From: Escherichia coli
Lineage (GTDB): Bacteria > Pseudomonadota > Gammaproteobacteria > Enterobacterales > Enterobacteriaceae
Assembly: GCF_003334335.1 (NCBI RefSeq)
Contig: NZ_QOWQ01000053.1
Length of the DNA: 20,311 bases
Strand: one strand, 5' to 3'
Under the pieces are notes generated by a model, which saw only the letters and a list, made by a program, of their open reading frames with translations, was not told the DNA's origin and searched no databases. This document shows positions 7,770 through 17,110 of the stretch, one piece after another. The translations under genes were made by a program, and so were the position numbers. The number at the start of each line of letters is the position of its first letter. The first letter of the stretch is position 1.

Positions 7770-10049
7770 ATGAGCGAGCCGTTAATTGTCGGCATCCGGC
7801 ATCATAGTCCGGCCTGCGCCCGGCTGGTGAAATCGTTAATCGAAAGCCAGCGGCCACGATACGTATTGATTGAAGGCCCGGCTGATTTTAATGACCGGGT
7901 AGACGAACTGTTTTTAGCCCACCAGCTTCCGGTAGCTATTTACAGTTATTGCCAGTATCAGGACGGTGCAGCCCCCGGGCGTGGTGCCTGGACGCCATTT
8001 GCTGAATTTTCGCCGGAGTGGCAGGCGCTACAAGCCGCACGTCGTATTCAGGCACAAACTTACTTCATCGATTTGCCTTGCTGGGCGCAGAGTGAAGAAG
8101 TGGACGATTCGCCTGATACGCAAGAGGAAAGCCAGGCCTTGCTGCTGCGTGCCACCTGCATGGATAACAGCGACACCCTGTGGGATCACTTGTTCGAAGA
8201 TGAAAGCCAGCAAACTGCATTACCCTCTGCACTGGCGCACTATTTTGCCCAACTGCGGGGCGACTCCCCCGGAGATGCTCTCAATCGTCTGCGCGAAGCC
8301 TTTATGGCCCGCTGGATTGGATGGGCGATGCAGCAAAATAATGGCGACGTGTTAGTTGTCTGCGGTGGCTGGCACGCTCCGGTACTGGCAAAAATGTGGC
8401 GCGAATGCCCGCAGGAAATTAACACGCCAGAATTGCCGTCGCTGGCAGATGCCGTTACAGGTTGTTATCTCACCCCCTACAGTGAAAAGCGCCTTGATGT
8501 GCTGGCAGGATACCTTTCCGGAATGCCTGCCCCGGTCTGGCAAAACTGGTGCTGGCAGTGGGGCTTACAGCAGGCGGGAGAACAACTGCTAAAAACGGTT
8601 CTCACCCGTTTGCGCCAGCACAAGTTGCCTGCTTCGACCGCGGATATGGCTGCCGCTCATCTGCATGCGATGGCACTGGCACAGTTGCGCGGTCATACAC
8701 TACCGTTACGCACTGACTGGCTGGATGCCATAGCAGGATCGCTGATTAAAGAAGCCCTGAATGCGCCGTTGCCGTGGAGCTATCGCGGCGTTATTCATCC
8801 CGACACCGATCCGATTCTGCTAACGTTGATAGACACATTAGCGGGTGACGGATTCGGTAAACTTGCCCCTTCTACGCCACAACCTCCTCTGCCAAAAGAT
8901 GTCACCTGCGAACTGGAACGTACCGCAATCTCCCTTCCGGCGGAGCTTACCTTAAATCGCTTTAACCCCAATGGACTAGCGCAAAGTCAGGTGTTACATC
9001 GGCTGGCAATACTGGAGATCCCAGGGATTGTGCGCCAGCAGGGAAGCACACTGACACTTGCAGGCAACGGTGAAGAACACTGGAAATTAACCCGCCCGCT
9101 TAGCCAGCATGCGGCATTGATTGAGGCCGCCTGCTTTGGTGCCACACTCCAGGAAGCCGCACGCCATAAATTAGAAGCCGATATGCTGGACGCGGGTGGA
9201 ATCGGCAGTATCACCACATGTCTTAGCCAGGCGGCGTTAGCGGGTCTGGCGTCCTTCAGTCAACAATTACTGGAGCAACTCACATTATTAATCGCCCAGG
9301 AAAATCAATTTGCCGAAATGGGCCAGGCGCTGGAAGTGCTATATGCCTTATGGCGGCTGGATGAAATTAGCGGTATGCAAGGCGCGCAGATATTACAAAC
9401 GACGTTATGCGCGGCTATCGATCGCACGCTGTGGCTGTGTGAATCTAACGGCAGACCGGATGAAAAGGAGTTTCACGCTCACCTGCATAGCTGGCAAGCG
9501 CTTTGCCATATTCTGCGCGATCTACATAGCGGCGTTAATTTATCCGGCGTTTCGCTTTCTGCGGCGGTAGCCTTACTGGAGCGACGCAGTCAGGCGATTC
9601 ATGCCCCGGCGCTGGATCGCGGCGCGGTTCTTGGCGCACTAATGCGTCTGGAACATCCCAACGCCAGTGCCGAAGCGGCGCTGACGATGCTGGCGCAGTT
9701 ATCCCCGGCACAATCCGGCGAGGCGCTGCACGGTTTGCTGGCATTAGCCCGTCATCAACTGGCCTGTCAGCCGGCATTTATCGCCGGTTTCAGCAGTCAT
9801 TTAAATCAACTAAGTGATGCCGATTTTACCAATGCCCTGCCCGATTTACGCGCGGCAATGGCCTGGCTACCGCCACGAGAACGCGGGACGCTGGCGCATC
9901 AGGTGCTTGAGCATTATCAACTGGCGCAACTTCCCGTTTCGGCACTGCAAATGCCGTTGCATTGTCCACCGCAAGCCATTGCACATCATCAACAACTCGA
10001 ACAGCAGGCACTGGCATCGCTGCAACACTGGGGAGTTTTCCATGTCTGA
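7770..10049 (+). CDS. yehM: YehM, 759-aa protein of unknown function (I believe DUF5682 family)
   Basis: ATG 7770 lies 10 nt after the yehL stop and is preceded by GAGGAAAG. It yields 759 aa, matching K-12 YehM from memory. The upstream extension to 7602 lies inside yehL. I cannot name a catalytic motif. The C-terminal half is Ala/Leu-rich and looks helical. Confidence 0.92.
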   Translation: MSEPLIVGIRHHSPACARLVKSLIESQRPRYVLIEGPADFNDRVDELFLAHQLPVAIYSYCQYQDGAAPGRGAWTPFAEFSPEWQALQAARRIQAQTYFIDLPCWAQSEEVDDSPDTQEESQALLLRATCMDNSDTLWDHLFEDESQQTALPSALAHYFAQLRGDSPGDALNRLREAFMARWIGWAMQQNNGDVLVVCGGWHAPVLAKMWRECPQEINTPELPSLADAVTGCYLTPYSEKRLDVLAGYLSGMPAPVWQNWCWQWGLQQAGEQLLKTVLTRLRQHKLPASTADMAAAHLHAMALAQLRGHTLPLRTDWLDAIAGSLIKEALNAPLPWSYRGVIHPDTDPILLTLIDTLAGDGFGKLAPSTPQPPLPKDVTCELERTAISLPAELTLNRFNPNGLAQSQVLHRLAILEIPGIVRQQGSTLTLAGNGEEHWKLTRPLSQHAALIEAACFGATLQEAARHKLEADMLDAGGIGSITTCLSQAALAGLASFSQQLLEQLTLLIAQENQFAEMGQALEVLYALWRLDEISGMQGAQILQTTLCAAIDRTLWLCESNGRPDEKEFHAHLHSWQALCHILRDLHSGVNLSGVSLSAAVALLERRSQAIHAPALDRGAVLGALMRLEHPNASAEAALTMLAQLSPAQSGEALHGLLALARHQLACQPAFIAGFSSHLNQLSDADFTNALPDLRAAMAWLPPRERGTLAHQVLEHYQLAQLPVSALQMPLHCPPQAIAHHQQLEQQALASLQHWGVFHV

Positions 10050-11178
10050 ACTGAACGATCTTCTGACCACCCGTGAGCTACAACGCTGGCGATTAATTCT
10101 TGGCGAAGCGGCAGAAACGACGCTTTGTGGGCTGGATGACAACGCCCGGCAGATAGACCACGCGCTGGAGTGGCTGTATGGGCGCGATCCTGAACGGCTC
10201 CAGCGTGGTGAACGCTCCGGTGGATTAGGTGGCTCAAATCTCACCACCCCTGAGTGGATCAACAGTATTCACACGCTGTTTCCGCAACAGGTGATTGAGC
10301 GGCTGGAAAGCGATGCCGTACTGCGCTACGGCATTGAAGATGTGGTGACAAATCTCGACGTGCTGGAACGTATGCAGCCTTCCGAAAGCCTGCTACGCGC
10401 CGTTTTGCACACCAAACATCTGATGAATCCCGAAGTACTGGCTGCCGCCCGCCAGATAGTGCGCCAGGTTGTTGAAGAAATTATGGCGCGACTGGCAAAG
10501 GAAGTTCGCCAGGCTTTTTCTGGTGTCCGCGATCGCCGTCGCCGTTCATTTATTCCACTGGCGCGAAACTTTGATTTCAAAAGTACTCTGCGCGCCAACC
10601 TGCAACACTGGCACCCGCAACACGGCAAGTTGTATATCGAATCCCCCCGCTTTAACAGCCGCATTAAACGCCAAAGCGAACAATGGCAACTGGTCTTACT
10701 GGTTGATCAAAGCGGATCGATGGTCAATTCGGTGATCCACTCTGCGGTGATGGCGGCCTGTTTGTGGCAGTTACCCGGCATTCGTACCCATCTGGTGGCG
10801 TTTGACACAAGCGTCGTTGATCTCACGGCAGACGTTGCCGATCCGGTAGAGTTATTAATGAAAGTACAGTTGGGCGGCGGGACCAATATCGCCAGTGCCG
10901 TGGAGTATGGTCGGCAACTTATTGAACAACCAGCGAAAAGCGTCATTATCCTCGTGAGCGATTTTTACGAAGGGGGTTCATCATCATTACTGACGCATCA
11001 GGTGAAAAAGTGTGTCCAGAGCGGCATCAAAGTGCTGGGACTGGCAGCGCTCGATAGCACCGCAACACCTTGCTATGACCGCGATACGGCCCAGGCGCTG
11101 GTTAATGTCGGCGCACAAATAGCCGCCATGACGCCGGGCGAGCTGGCATCATGGCTTGCGGAGAATCTTCAGTCATGA
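10042..11178 (+). CDS. yehP: YehP, von Willebrand factor A (VWA) domain protein (378 aa)
   Basis: ATG 10042 overlaps the yehM stop by 8 nt (ATGTCTGA). 378 aa matches K-12 YehP from memory. The MIDAS signature DxSxS = DQSGS is at 10705-10719, followed by GGGTN and SDFYEG. Confidence 0.93.
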   Translation: MSELNDLLTTRELQRWRLILGEAAETTLCGLDDNARQIDHALEWLYGRDPERLQRGERSGGLGGSNLTTPEWINSIHTLFPQQVIERLESDAVLRYGIEDVVTNLDVLERMQPSESLLRAVLHTKHLMNPEVLAAARQIVRQVVEEIMARLAKEVRQAFSGVRDRRRRSFIPLARNFDFKSTLRANLQHWHPQHGKLYIESPRFNSRIKRQSEQWQLVLLVDQSGSMVNSVIHSAVMAACLWQLPGIRTHLVAFDTSVVDLTADVADPVELLMKVQLGGGTNIASAVEYGRQLIEQPAKSVIILVSDFYEGGSSSLLTHQVKKCVQSGIKVLGLAALDSTATPCYDRDTAQALVNVGAQIAAMTPGELASWLAENLQS

Positions 11179-13178
11179 ATTCACTACGTCCGGAATTATT
11201 AGAACTGACACCACAGGCCCTGACGGCGTTAAGCAATGCCGGTTTTGTTAAGCGCAGTCTTAAGGAACTGGAAAATGGCAACGTCCCGGAGATCAGCCAT
11301 GAGAACGACGCTTTAATCGCCACCTTCAGTGACGGTGTCCGTACCCAGCTGGCGAACGGCCAGGCACTGAAAGAGGCTCAGTGCAGTTGCGGGGCCAACG
11401 GTATGTGCCGTCATCGCGTGATGCTGGTGTTAAGTTATCAACGACTTTGTGCCACCACTCAGTCTACGGAAAAAGAAGAAGAGTGGGATCCGGCAATCTG
11501 GCTGGAAGAACTGGCTACCCTTCCCGATGCTACCCGCAAACGCGCACAGGCACTGGTCGCTAAAGGCATCACCATTGAGTTGTTCTGTACGCCGGGCGAA
11601 ATTCCCTCTGCCCGCTTACCGATGAGCGATGTGCGTTTTTATTCCCGTAGCAGCATTCGTTTCGCCCGTTGTGATTGTATTGAAGGCACACTTTGCGAAC
11701 ATGTCGTACTGGCAGTACAGGCCTTTGTCCAGGCAAAAGCGCAGCAAGCGGAATTGACTCATTTAATCTGGCAGATGCGCAGCGAACACGTCACATCATC
11801 TGACGATCTGTTTGCCAGCGAAGAAGGCAAAACGTGTCGTCAATATGTTCAGCAACTAAGCCAGGCATTATGGCTGGGCGGCATCAGCCAGCCGCTTATT
11901 CACTACGAGGCCGCTTTCAGCCGCGCGCAGCAAGCAGCGGAACGCTGCAACTGGCGATGGGTGAGTGAATCGCTACGGCAACTGCGCGCCAGCGTTGATG
12001 CCTTCCACGCCCGCGCCAGCCACTATCATGCCGGAGAATGCTTACGTCAGCTTGCGGCATTAAACAGTCGATTAAATTGCGCACAAGAGATGGCGCGGCG
12101 CGACAGTGTTGGTGAAGTTCCTCCTGTGCCGTGGCGCACGGTCGTTGGCTCTGGCATTGCCGGAGAAGCAAAGCTTGATCATCTGCGGCTGGTGTCTTTA
12201 GGTATGCGTTGCTGGCAGGATATTGAGCATTATGGTTTACGCATCTGGTTTACCGATCCCGACACCGGCAGTATTTTGCACCTTTCGCGCAGTTGGCCGC
12301 GAAGTGAACAGGAAAACTCACCGGCAGCTACGCGTCGGCTGTTTAGTTTTCAGGCTGGCGCACTGGCGGGTGGGCAAATTGTTTCACAAGCAGCAAAACG
12401 CAGTGCCGATGGCGAGCTGCTGTTAGCTACCCGCAACCGCTTAAGCAGCGTTGTGCCGCTGTCGCCTGATGCCTGGCAAATGTTGAGCGCGCCGTTACGC
12501 CAGTCGGGCATTGTGGCTTTGCGGGAATATTTACGCCAGCGTCCCCCCTCCTGCATACGGCCTCTTAATCAGGTCGATAACTTATTTATTCTGCCGGTCG
12601 CTGAGTGTATTTCGCTCGGTTGGGATAGCAGCCGCCAGACGCTGGATGCGCAGGTAATCAGCGGCGAAGGTGAAGATAATCTGCTGACGTTATCACTGCC
12701 AGCCTCAGCCAGCGCGCCTTATGCCATTGAACGCATGGCGGCGCTTTTGCAACAAACAGACGACCCCGTGTGTCTGGTTTCTGGCTTTGTCAGTTTTGTT
12801 GATGGGCAATTGACACTGGAACCACAGGTAATGATGACAAAGACTCGTGCCTGGGCGCTGGACGCAGAAACTGCGCCTGTGGTGGCATCACTACCTTCTG
12901 TCAGCGTTCTGCCTGTGCCGTCTACTGCTCATCAGTTGCTGATGCGCTGCCAGGCATTACTTATTCAACTGCTCCATAACGGCTGGCGCTATCAGGAACA
13001 GAGTGCTATTGGTCAGGCAGAGTTGCTGGCGAATGACCTCACCGCGGTGGGTTTTTATCGGCTGGCACATGTATTGGGACAATTTCGTAATACAGAAAGC
13101 GAGGCACGGGTAGAAGCAATGAATAACTGCGTTTTGCTGTGCGAACAATTATTCCCCATGCTTCAGCAACAAGGATGA
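11175..13178 (+). CDS. yehQ: YehQ, SWIM zinc-finger protein (667 aa from the coupled start)
   Basis: ATG 11175 overlaps the yehP stop as ATGA (11175-11178). There are two CxCx5CxH motifs: CSCGANGMCRH (about 11382-11414) and CDCIEGTLCEH (11670-11702). An alternative in-frame ATG at 11151 lies inside yehP. I am unsure of the reference length of YehQ. Confidence 0.85.
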   Translation: MNSLRPELLELTPQALTALSNAGFVKRSLKELENGNVPEISHENDALIATFSDGVRTQLANGQALKEAQCSCGANGMCRHRVMLVLSYQRLCATTQSTEKEEEWDPAIWLEELATLPDATRKRAQALVAKGITIELFCTPGEIPSARLPMSDVRFYSRSSIRFARCDCIEGTLCEHVVLAVQAFVQAKAQQAELTHLIWQMRSEHVTSSDDLFASEEGKTCRQYVQQLSQALWLGGISQPLIHYEAAFSRAQQAAERCNWRWVSESLRQLRASVDAFHARASHYHAGECLRQLAALNSRLNCAQEMARRDSVGEVPPVPWRTVVGSGIAGEAKLDHLRLVSLGMRCWQDIEHYGLRIWFTDPDTGSILHLSRSWPRSEQENSPAATRRLFSFQAGALAGGQIVSQAAKRSADGELLLATRNRLSSVVPLSPDAWQMLSAPLRQSGIVALREYLRQRPPSCIRPLNQVDNLFILPVAECISLGWDSSRQTLDAQVISGEGEDNLLTLSLPASASAPYAIERMAALLQQTDDPVCLVSGFVSFVDGQLTLEPQVMMTKTRAWALDAETAPVVASLPSVSVLPVPSTAHQLLMRCQALLIQLLHNGWRYQEQSAIGQAELLANDLTAVGFYRLAHVLGQFRNTESEARVEAMNNCVLLCEQLFPMLQQQG

Positions 13179-13256
13179 AATAGTGCTTTTTACTAAGAGT
13201 TCTACTCCAGTTCCGGACTGCTCACACCACGGTATTAGGCATATCCTATATAGCCC

Positions 13257-13273
13257 CTGGTGAGAGTCACCAG
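13257..13273 (+). other. Perfect 7-bp hairpin/palindrome in the yehQ-yehR spacer
   Basis: ctggtga-gag-tcaccag, followed by ttccttgatt. It could be a weak operon-end terminator or a protein-binding palindrome 30 nt upstream of the yehR start. Confidence 0.3.
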
Positions 13274-13302
13274 TTCCTTGATTAAATAAAATGGAGTTTT
13301 AC

Positions 13303-13764
13303 ATGAAGGCTTTCAATAAGCTGTTTTCCCTTGTTGTTGCATCTGTTCTGGTTTTCTCTCTTGCTGGCTGCGGTGACAAAGAAGAATCGAAGAAATTCAG
13401 CGCCAATCTGAACGGCACTGAAATTGCCATTACCTATGTCTACAAAGGTGACAAGGTGCTTAAGCAATCTTCAGAAACCAAAATTCAATTTGCCTCTATT
13501 GGTGCAACCACCAAAGAAGACGCTGCCAAGACACTTGAGCCGTTAAGCGCCAAATACAAAAACATCGCGGGTGTTGAAGAAAAATTAACCTATACCGATA
13601 CCTACGCGCAGGAAAACGTGACTATCGATATGGAAAAAGTGGATTTTAAAGCCCTGCAGGGTATTTCAGGAATCAACGTTTCTGCTGAAGATGCCAAAAA
13701 AGGTATCACTATGGCGCAAATGGAACTGGTGATGAAAGCCGCTGGTTTTAAAGAAGTGAAATAA
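13303..13764 (+). CDS. yehR: YehR, predicted lipoprotein (153 aa)
   Basis: ATG 13303 with GGAG 6 nt upstream. The signal peptide ends in the lipobox LAGC (Cys23). 153 aa matches K-12 YehR from memory. Confidence 0.92.
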   Translation: MKAFNKLFSLVVASVLVFSLAGCGDKEESKKFSANLNGTEIAITYVYKGDKVLKQSSETKIQFASIGATTKEDAAKTLEPLSAKYKNIAGVEEKLTYTDTYAQENVTIDMEKVDFKALQGISGINVSAEDAKKGITMAQMELVMKAAGFKEVK

Positions 13765-13770
13765 TCTGTC

Positions 13771-13795
13771 GGCGGCCATGTTTCGCATGGCCGCC
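13771..13795. terminator. GC-rich hairpin between convergent yehR and yehS
   Basis: ggcggccatg (13771-13780) pairs with catggccgcc (13786-13795) around a 5-nt loop. It sits between two convergent stop codons (13764 and 13805). There is no clean U-tract on either strand. Confidence 0.55.
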
Positions 13796-13804
13796 ATACC
13801 CGTC

Positions 13805-14275
13805 TTAGCTTTTCTTCACATGCTGGCGCGCTGCCAGTCCACGCAGAAAATAACGTAAAAATTGATCGCCGCATTCGCGGAAGTTTTTATGATCCGGTGC
13901 ACGCATCATCGCCGTAATTTCCGGCATCGAAACGCGGAACTGCTGTTCGGTGAGGATCGCCAGAATGTCATCGGTTTTCAGCGAAAACGCGATGCGTAAT
14001 TTTTTTAGCACGATGTTGTTATTAATGCGACGTTCCGGCTCCAGTGCCGGAGCAGACTCATCCTTGCCGCGTTTTTCATAAATCAGGCCATTGAGGAATG
14101 ACGACAAAACAATGTCCGGACAACGCTGAAAACCCTCTTCGTCTTCTTTACGTAGCCAGACGGCGATCTGTTCCGCGGTGGCTTCGACATTACCCAGCGC
14201 CAGAATACGCACCAGGTCATTATTATTGGCTTTCAAAATGTAGCGCACGCTGCGCAGAATATCGTTACTTAGCAT
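13805..14275 (-). CDS. yehS: YehS, DUF1456-type protein (156 aa)
   Basis: The internal ATG at 14275 (MLSNDILRSV...) has AAGG upstream and gives the 156 aa remembered for K-12 YehS. The gene lies 46 nt downstream of btsR on the same strand. From memory, YehS is reported as a connector of the BtsSR and YpdAB systems. Confidence 0.9.
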   Translation of the reverse strand: MLSNDILRSVRYILKANNNDLVRILALGNVEATAEQIAVWLRKEDEEGFQRCPDIVLSSFLNGLIYEKRGKDESAPALEPERRINNNIVLKKLRIAFSLKTDDILAILTEQQFRVSMPEITAMMRAPDHKNFRECGDQFLRYFLRGLAARQHVKKS

Positions 14276-14321
14276 GAGGCCTTCAGGTGTTGATGAGGCA
14301 AAAAGCCATTTTAGCAGTCTT

Positions 14322-15041
14322 TTACAGGCCAATCGCCTCTTTTAAGCTTTTCAGATAACGGCGGCTGACCGGCACGGTTAAGCCATTACGCAAAATCAAC
14401 TCGGCCTGGCCGTTATCTTCCAGACGAATCTCCTGTAAATGCGCGAGGTTAACCAGATACTGACGATGGCAGCGCAGTAGTGGTGTACGACTTTCCAGGG
14501 TACGTAATGTCAATTCGGTAAAGCCCTCTTTCCCTTCGTGGCTGGTAACGTAGACACCGCTCATCCGACTGCTGACAAATGCCACATCTTTCATTTGCAG
14601 CAAATAAATCCGACTATGCCCAGTACAAGGGATAAATTTCAGCGCCTGTTGATTTTCTGGTAACAGCGAAACATCCTGCTTGCTGCGTTCCTGCCGCAAA
14701 CGCGCCAGCGTTTTCTCCAGTCGCGCTTCATCAATTGGCTTCAGCAGATAATCAAAGGCGTGTTCTTCAAAGGCTTTAATGGCGTATTCGTCAAACGCGG
14801 TGAGAAAAACAATATACGGACGATGTTCCGGGTCGAGCATCCCCACCATTTCCAGACCACTGATGCGCGGCATCTGGATATCGAGAAACAGCACATCCGG
14901 GCGCAGTTTATGCACCGCGCCGATCCCTTCCACGGCGTTTGAACACTCACCAACGATTTCAATATCGCTCTGCTCCTGCAAAAATACGCGCAGGTTCTCC
15001 CGTGCTAACGGTTCATCATCGACAATTAAGACTTTAATCAT
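14322..15041 (-). CDS. btsR: BtsR (YehT), LytTR-family response regulator (239 aa)
   Basis: The receiver domain starts [14 protein letters not shown], with the phospho-acceptor context LFLDIQMP, and the C-terminal domain is LytTR-type. The start ATG overlaps the btsS stop as ATGA (15038-15041). Confidence 0.95.
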
Positions 15042-16723
15042 GCCTCGTCCCTCCATGGTAGTCGTAACGTTATTCGGGTGTAACTATCAGGCTCACAGGC
15101 GACGCTTATCCCATAGTCATCGCCAAACCGTTCACGTAAACGCTTATCCACCAGATTCATCCCCAGCCCACTGGCATTGGTTACCGGTTGATACAAACCG
15201 GCATTGTCTTCGATCTCCAGCATCAAATGTTGCCCCTCACGTCGGGCGCTGATTGCCACTCGCCCTGTATCCAGCAGTTGTGATGTCCCATGTTTAATGG
15301 CGTTTTCCACTATCGGTTGCAGGGTAAACGCGGGCAATTGCTGCTGGGATAATTCTTGCGGAATAGCAATGTTGACCTGCAACCGCGACTGGAAGCGCGC
15401 CTTTTCAATTTGCAGATAAGCGTTCACATGTTCAATTTCGTCGGCGAGAGTAACAAACTCCGAAGGCCGCTTTAAGTTTTTGCGGAAAAAAGTGGAAAGA
15501 TACTGCACCAGCTGGCTGGCCTGTTCGCTGTCGCGACGGATCACCGCTTTAATGGTGTTAAGCGCATTAAACAAAAAATGGGGGTTCACCTGGGCGTGAA
15601 GCAGTTTGATCTCTGACTGGGTGAGCATCGCTTTTTGCCGCTCATATTGCCCGGCGAGGATCTGCGCCGAAAGCAGTTGCGCAATCCCCTCGCCCAGCGT
15701 GCGGTTGATTGAACTGAATAAACGGTTTTTGGCTTCATACAATTTGATGGTGCCCATCACCCGCTGATTTTCACCACGCAACGGAATTACCAGCGTCGAC
15801 CCCAGTTTGCATTGCGGATGCAAAGAGCAACGATAAGGTACTTCGTTGCCATCAGCGTAGACCACTTCACCGGTTTCAATCGCTTTTAAGGTGTAAGTCG
15901 AAGATATCGGTTTGCCGGGTAAATGGTGGTCGTCACCAATTCCGGTAAAGGCCAGCAATTTCTCTCGATCGGTAATCGCGACTGCACCAATATCCAGCTC
16001 CTGATACAGCACCTGTGCCACTTTCATGCTGTTCACTTCGTTAAACCCCTGGCGCAAAATGCCTTCCGTCGAGGCAGCCACTTTCAGCGCAGTGGCAGAA
16101 AAAGCCGAAGTGTATTTTTCAAACATCGCGCGTTTATCGAGCAATATACGCATAAACAGCGCCGCGCCGACGGTATTGGTGACCATCATTGGCGCAGCAA
16201 TATTACTCACCAGACGCACCGCATCTTCATAAGGTCGGGCGATCGCCAGGATGATCAACATTTGCACCATTTCAGCGACGAACGTGACGGCACCGGCGGT
16301 AATGGGGTTAAAGACTTTATCAGTGCGCCCGCGACGGATCAGGATGCTGTGTACCAGGCCGCCGAGCAATCCTTCAACGATGGTCGAGATCATGCAACTT
16401 AGCGCGGTCATGCCCCCCATCGAATATCGATGTAACCCGCCGGTCAGGCCAACCAGCCCACCGACGACCGGACCGCCGAGTAAGCCGCCCATTACCGCGC
16501 CTATCGCACGGGTATTGGCAATAGAATCGTCAATGTGCAACCCAAACCAGGTGCCCATGATGCAGAAGATGGAAAAGACGATGTAGCAGAGAAATTTATG
16601 CGGCAGACGAACCGTGACCTGCATTAACGGTATGAATAATGGCGTTTTACTCATTAACCATGCAATGACTAAAAAAACGCACATCTGCTGAAGCAGCAGC
16701 AACACCAGATTAAAATCGTACAT
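15038..16723 (-). CDS. btsS: BtsS (YehU), LytS-type sensor histidine kinase (561 aa), pyruvate sensing
   Basis: Start [10 protein letters not shown] at 16723 gives 561 aa. The N-terminus is polytopic and Gly-rich, the central part is GAF-like, and the C-terminal kinase carries [16 protein letters not shown] and an HATPase region. It matches K-12 YehU/BtsS from memory. Confidence 0.95.
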
Positions 16724-16944
16724 ACCCGCAAACCACACTTCCCTTTAAAACGCGTAACATACATTGCCTGCGTTTAACTTTCTTTGAACTCTTGCAGAAA
16801 AATGAGAATTCGTGAGTACGATCACTCAAAATCGCCTGGCAAAAATAAAATCACCCTATAAATGCACAAAAAACGGGCAAAACTACCTGGTTCGCAAAAC
16901 TGCGTCTAAAGTTAAACCGGGACCTCGCGAGCAAGGGTGAGACG

Positions 16945-17013
16945 ATGGCGCTTTACACAATTGGTGAAGTGGCGTTGCTTTGTGATATTAACCCTGTCAC
17001 GTTACGCGCGTGA
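16945..17013 (+). pseudogene. mlrA: 5' fragment of mlrA (yehV), the MerR-family activator of csgD, truncated after codon 22
   Basis: It reads MALYTIGEVALLCDINPVTLRA then TGA, whereas MlrA continues WQRRYGLLKPQ. Nothing downstream in any frame continues MlrA. The truncation falls inside the N-terminal HTH. Confidence 0.85.
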
Positions 17014-17030
17014 CGCAACATTTTTAAAAA

Positions 17031-17110
17031 TCGACGAAGATCGTCCAGGAGCGCCGTTTTTCAAGGGTTGGATAGATGATTCGTTTACCATGTCGACGAA
17101 CTTCGACGAA
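17031..17110. repeat. Three copies of TCGACGAA, two of them 10 bp apart
   Basis: tcgacgaa occurs at 17031-17038, 17093-17100 and 17103-17110, followed by a degenerate ttcgccga. gacga/tcgtc forms a small inverted repeat at 17033-17045. The palindrome T5A5 at 17021-17030 lies just after the junction. Confidence 0.6.

Noticed and set aside
6605-16738. Longer start choices offered by the ORF track for yehL (6605), yehM (7602), yehP (9814), yehQ (11151), yehR (13291), yehS (14332), btsR (15056) and btsS (16738).
   Set aside because: The extensions overlap the preceding gene or lack an SD. The internal ATGs have an SD or an ATGA-type coupling and reproduce the lengths I remember for the K-12 proteins (362, 759, 378, 153, 156, 239 and 561 aa).
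17011-17013. The possibility that mlrA is inactivated merely by a TGG-to-TGA nonsense mutation.
   Set aside because: The sequence after the stop (cgcaacatttttaaaaatcgacg...) does not encode QRRYGLLKPQRTDGG in any frame, so the gene is physically interrupted.
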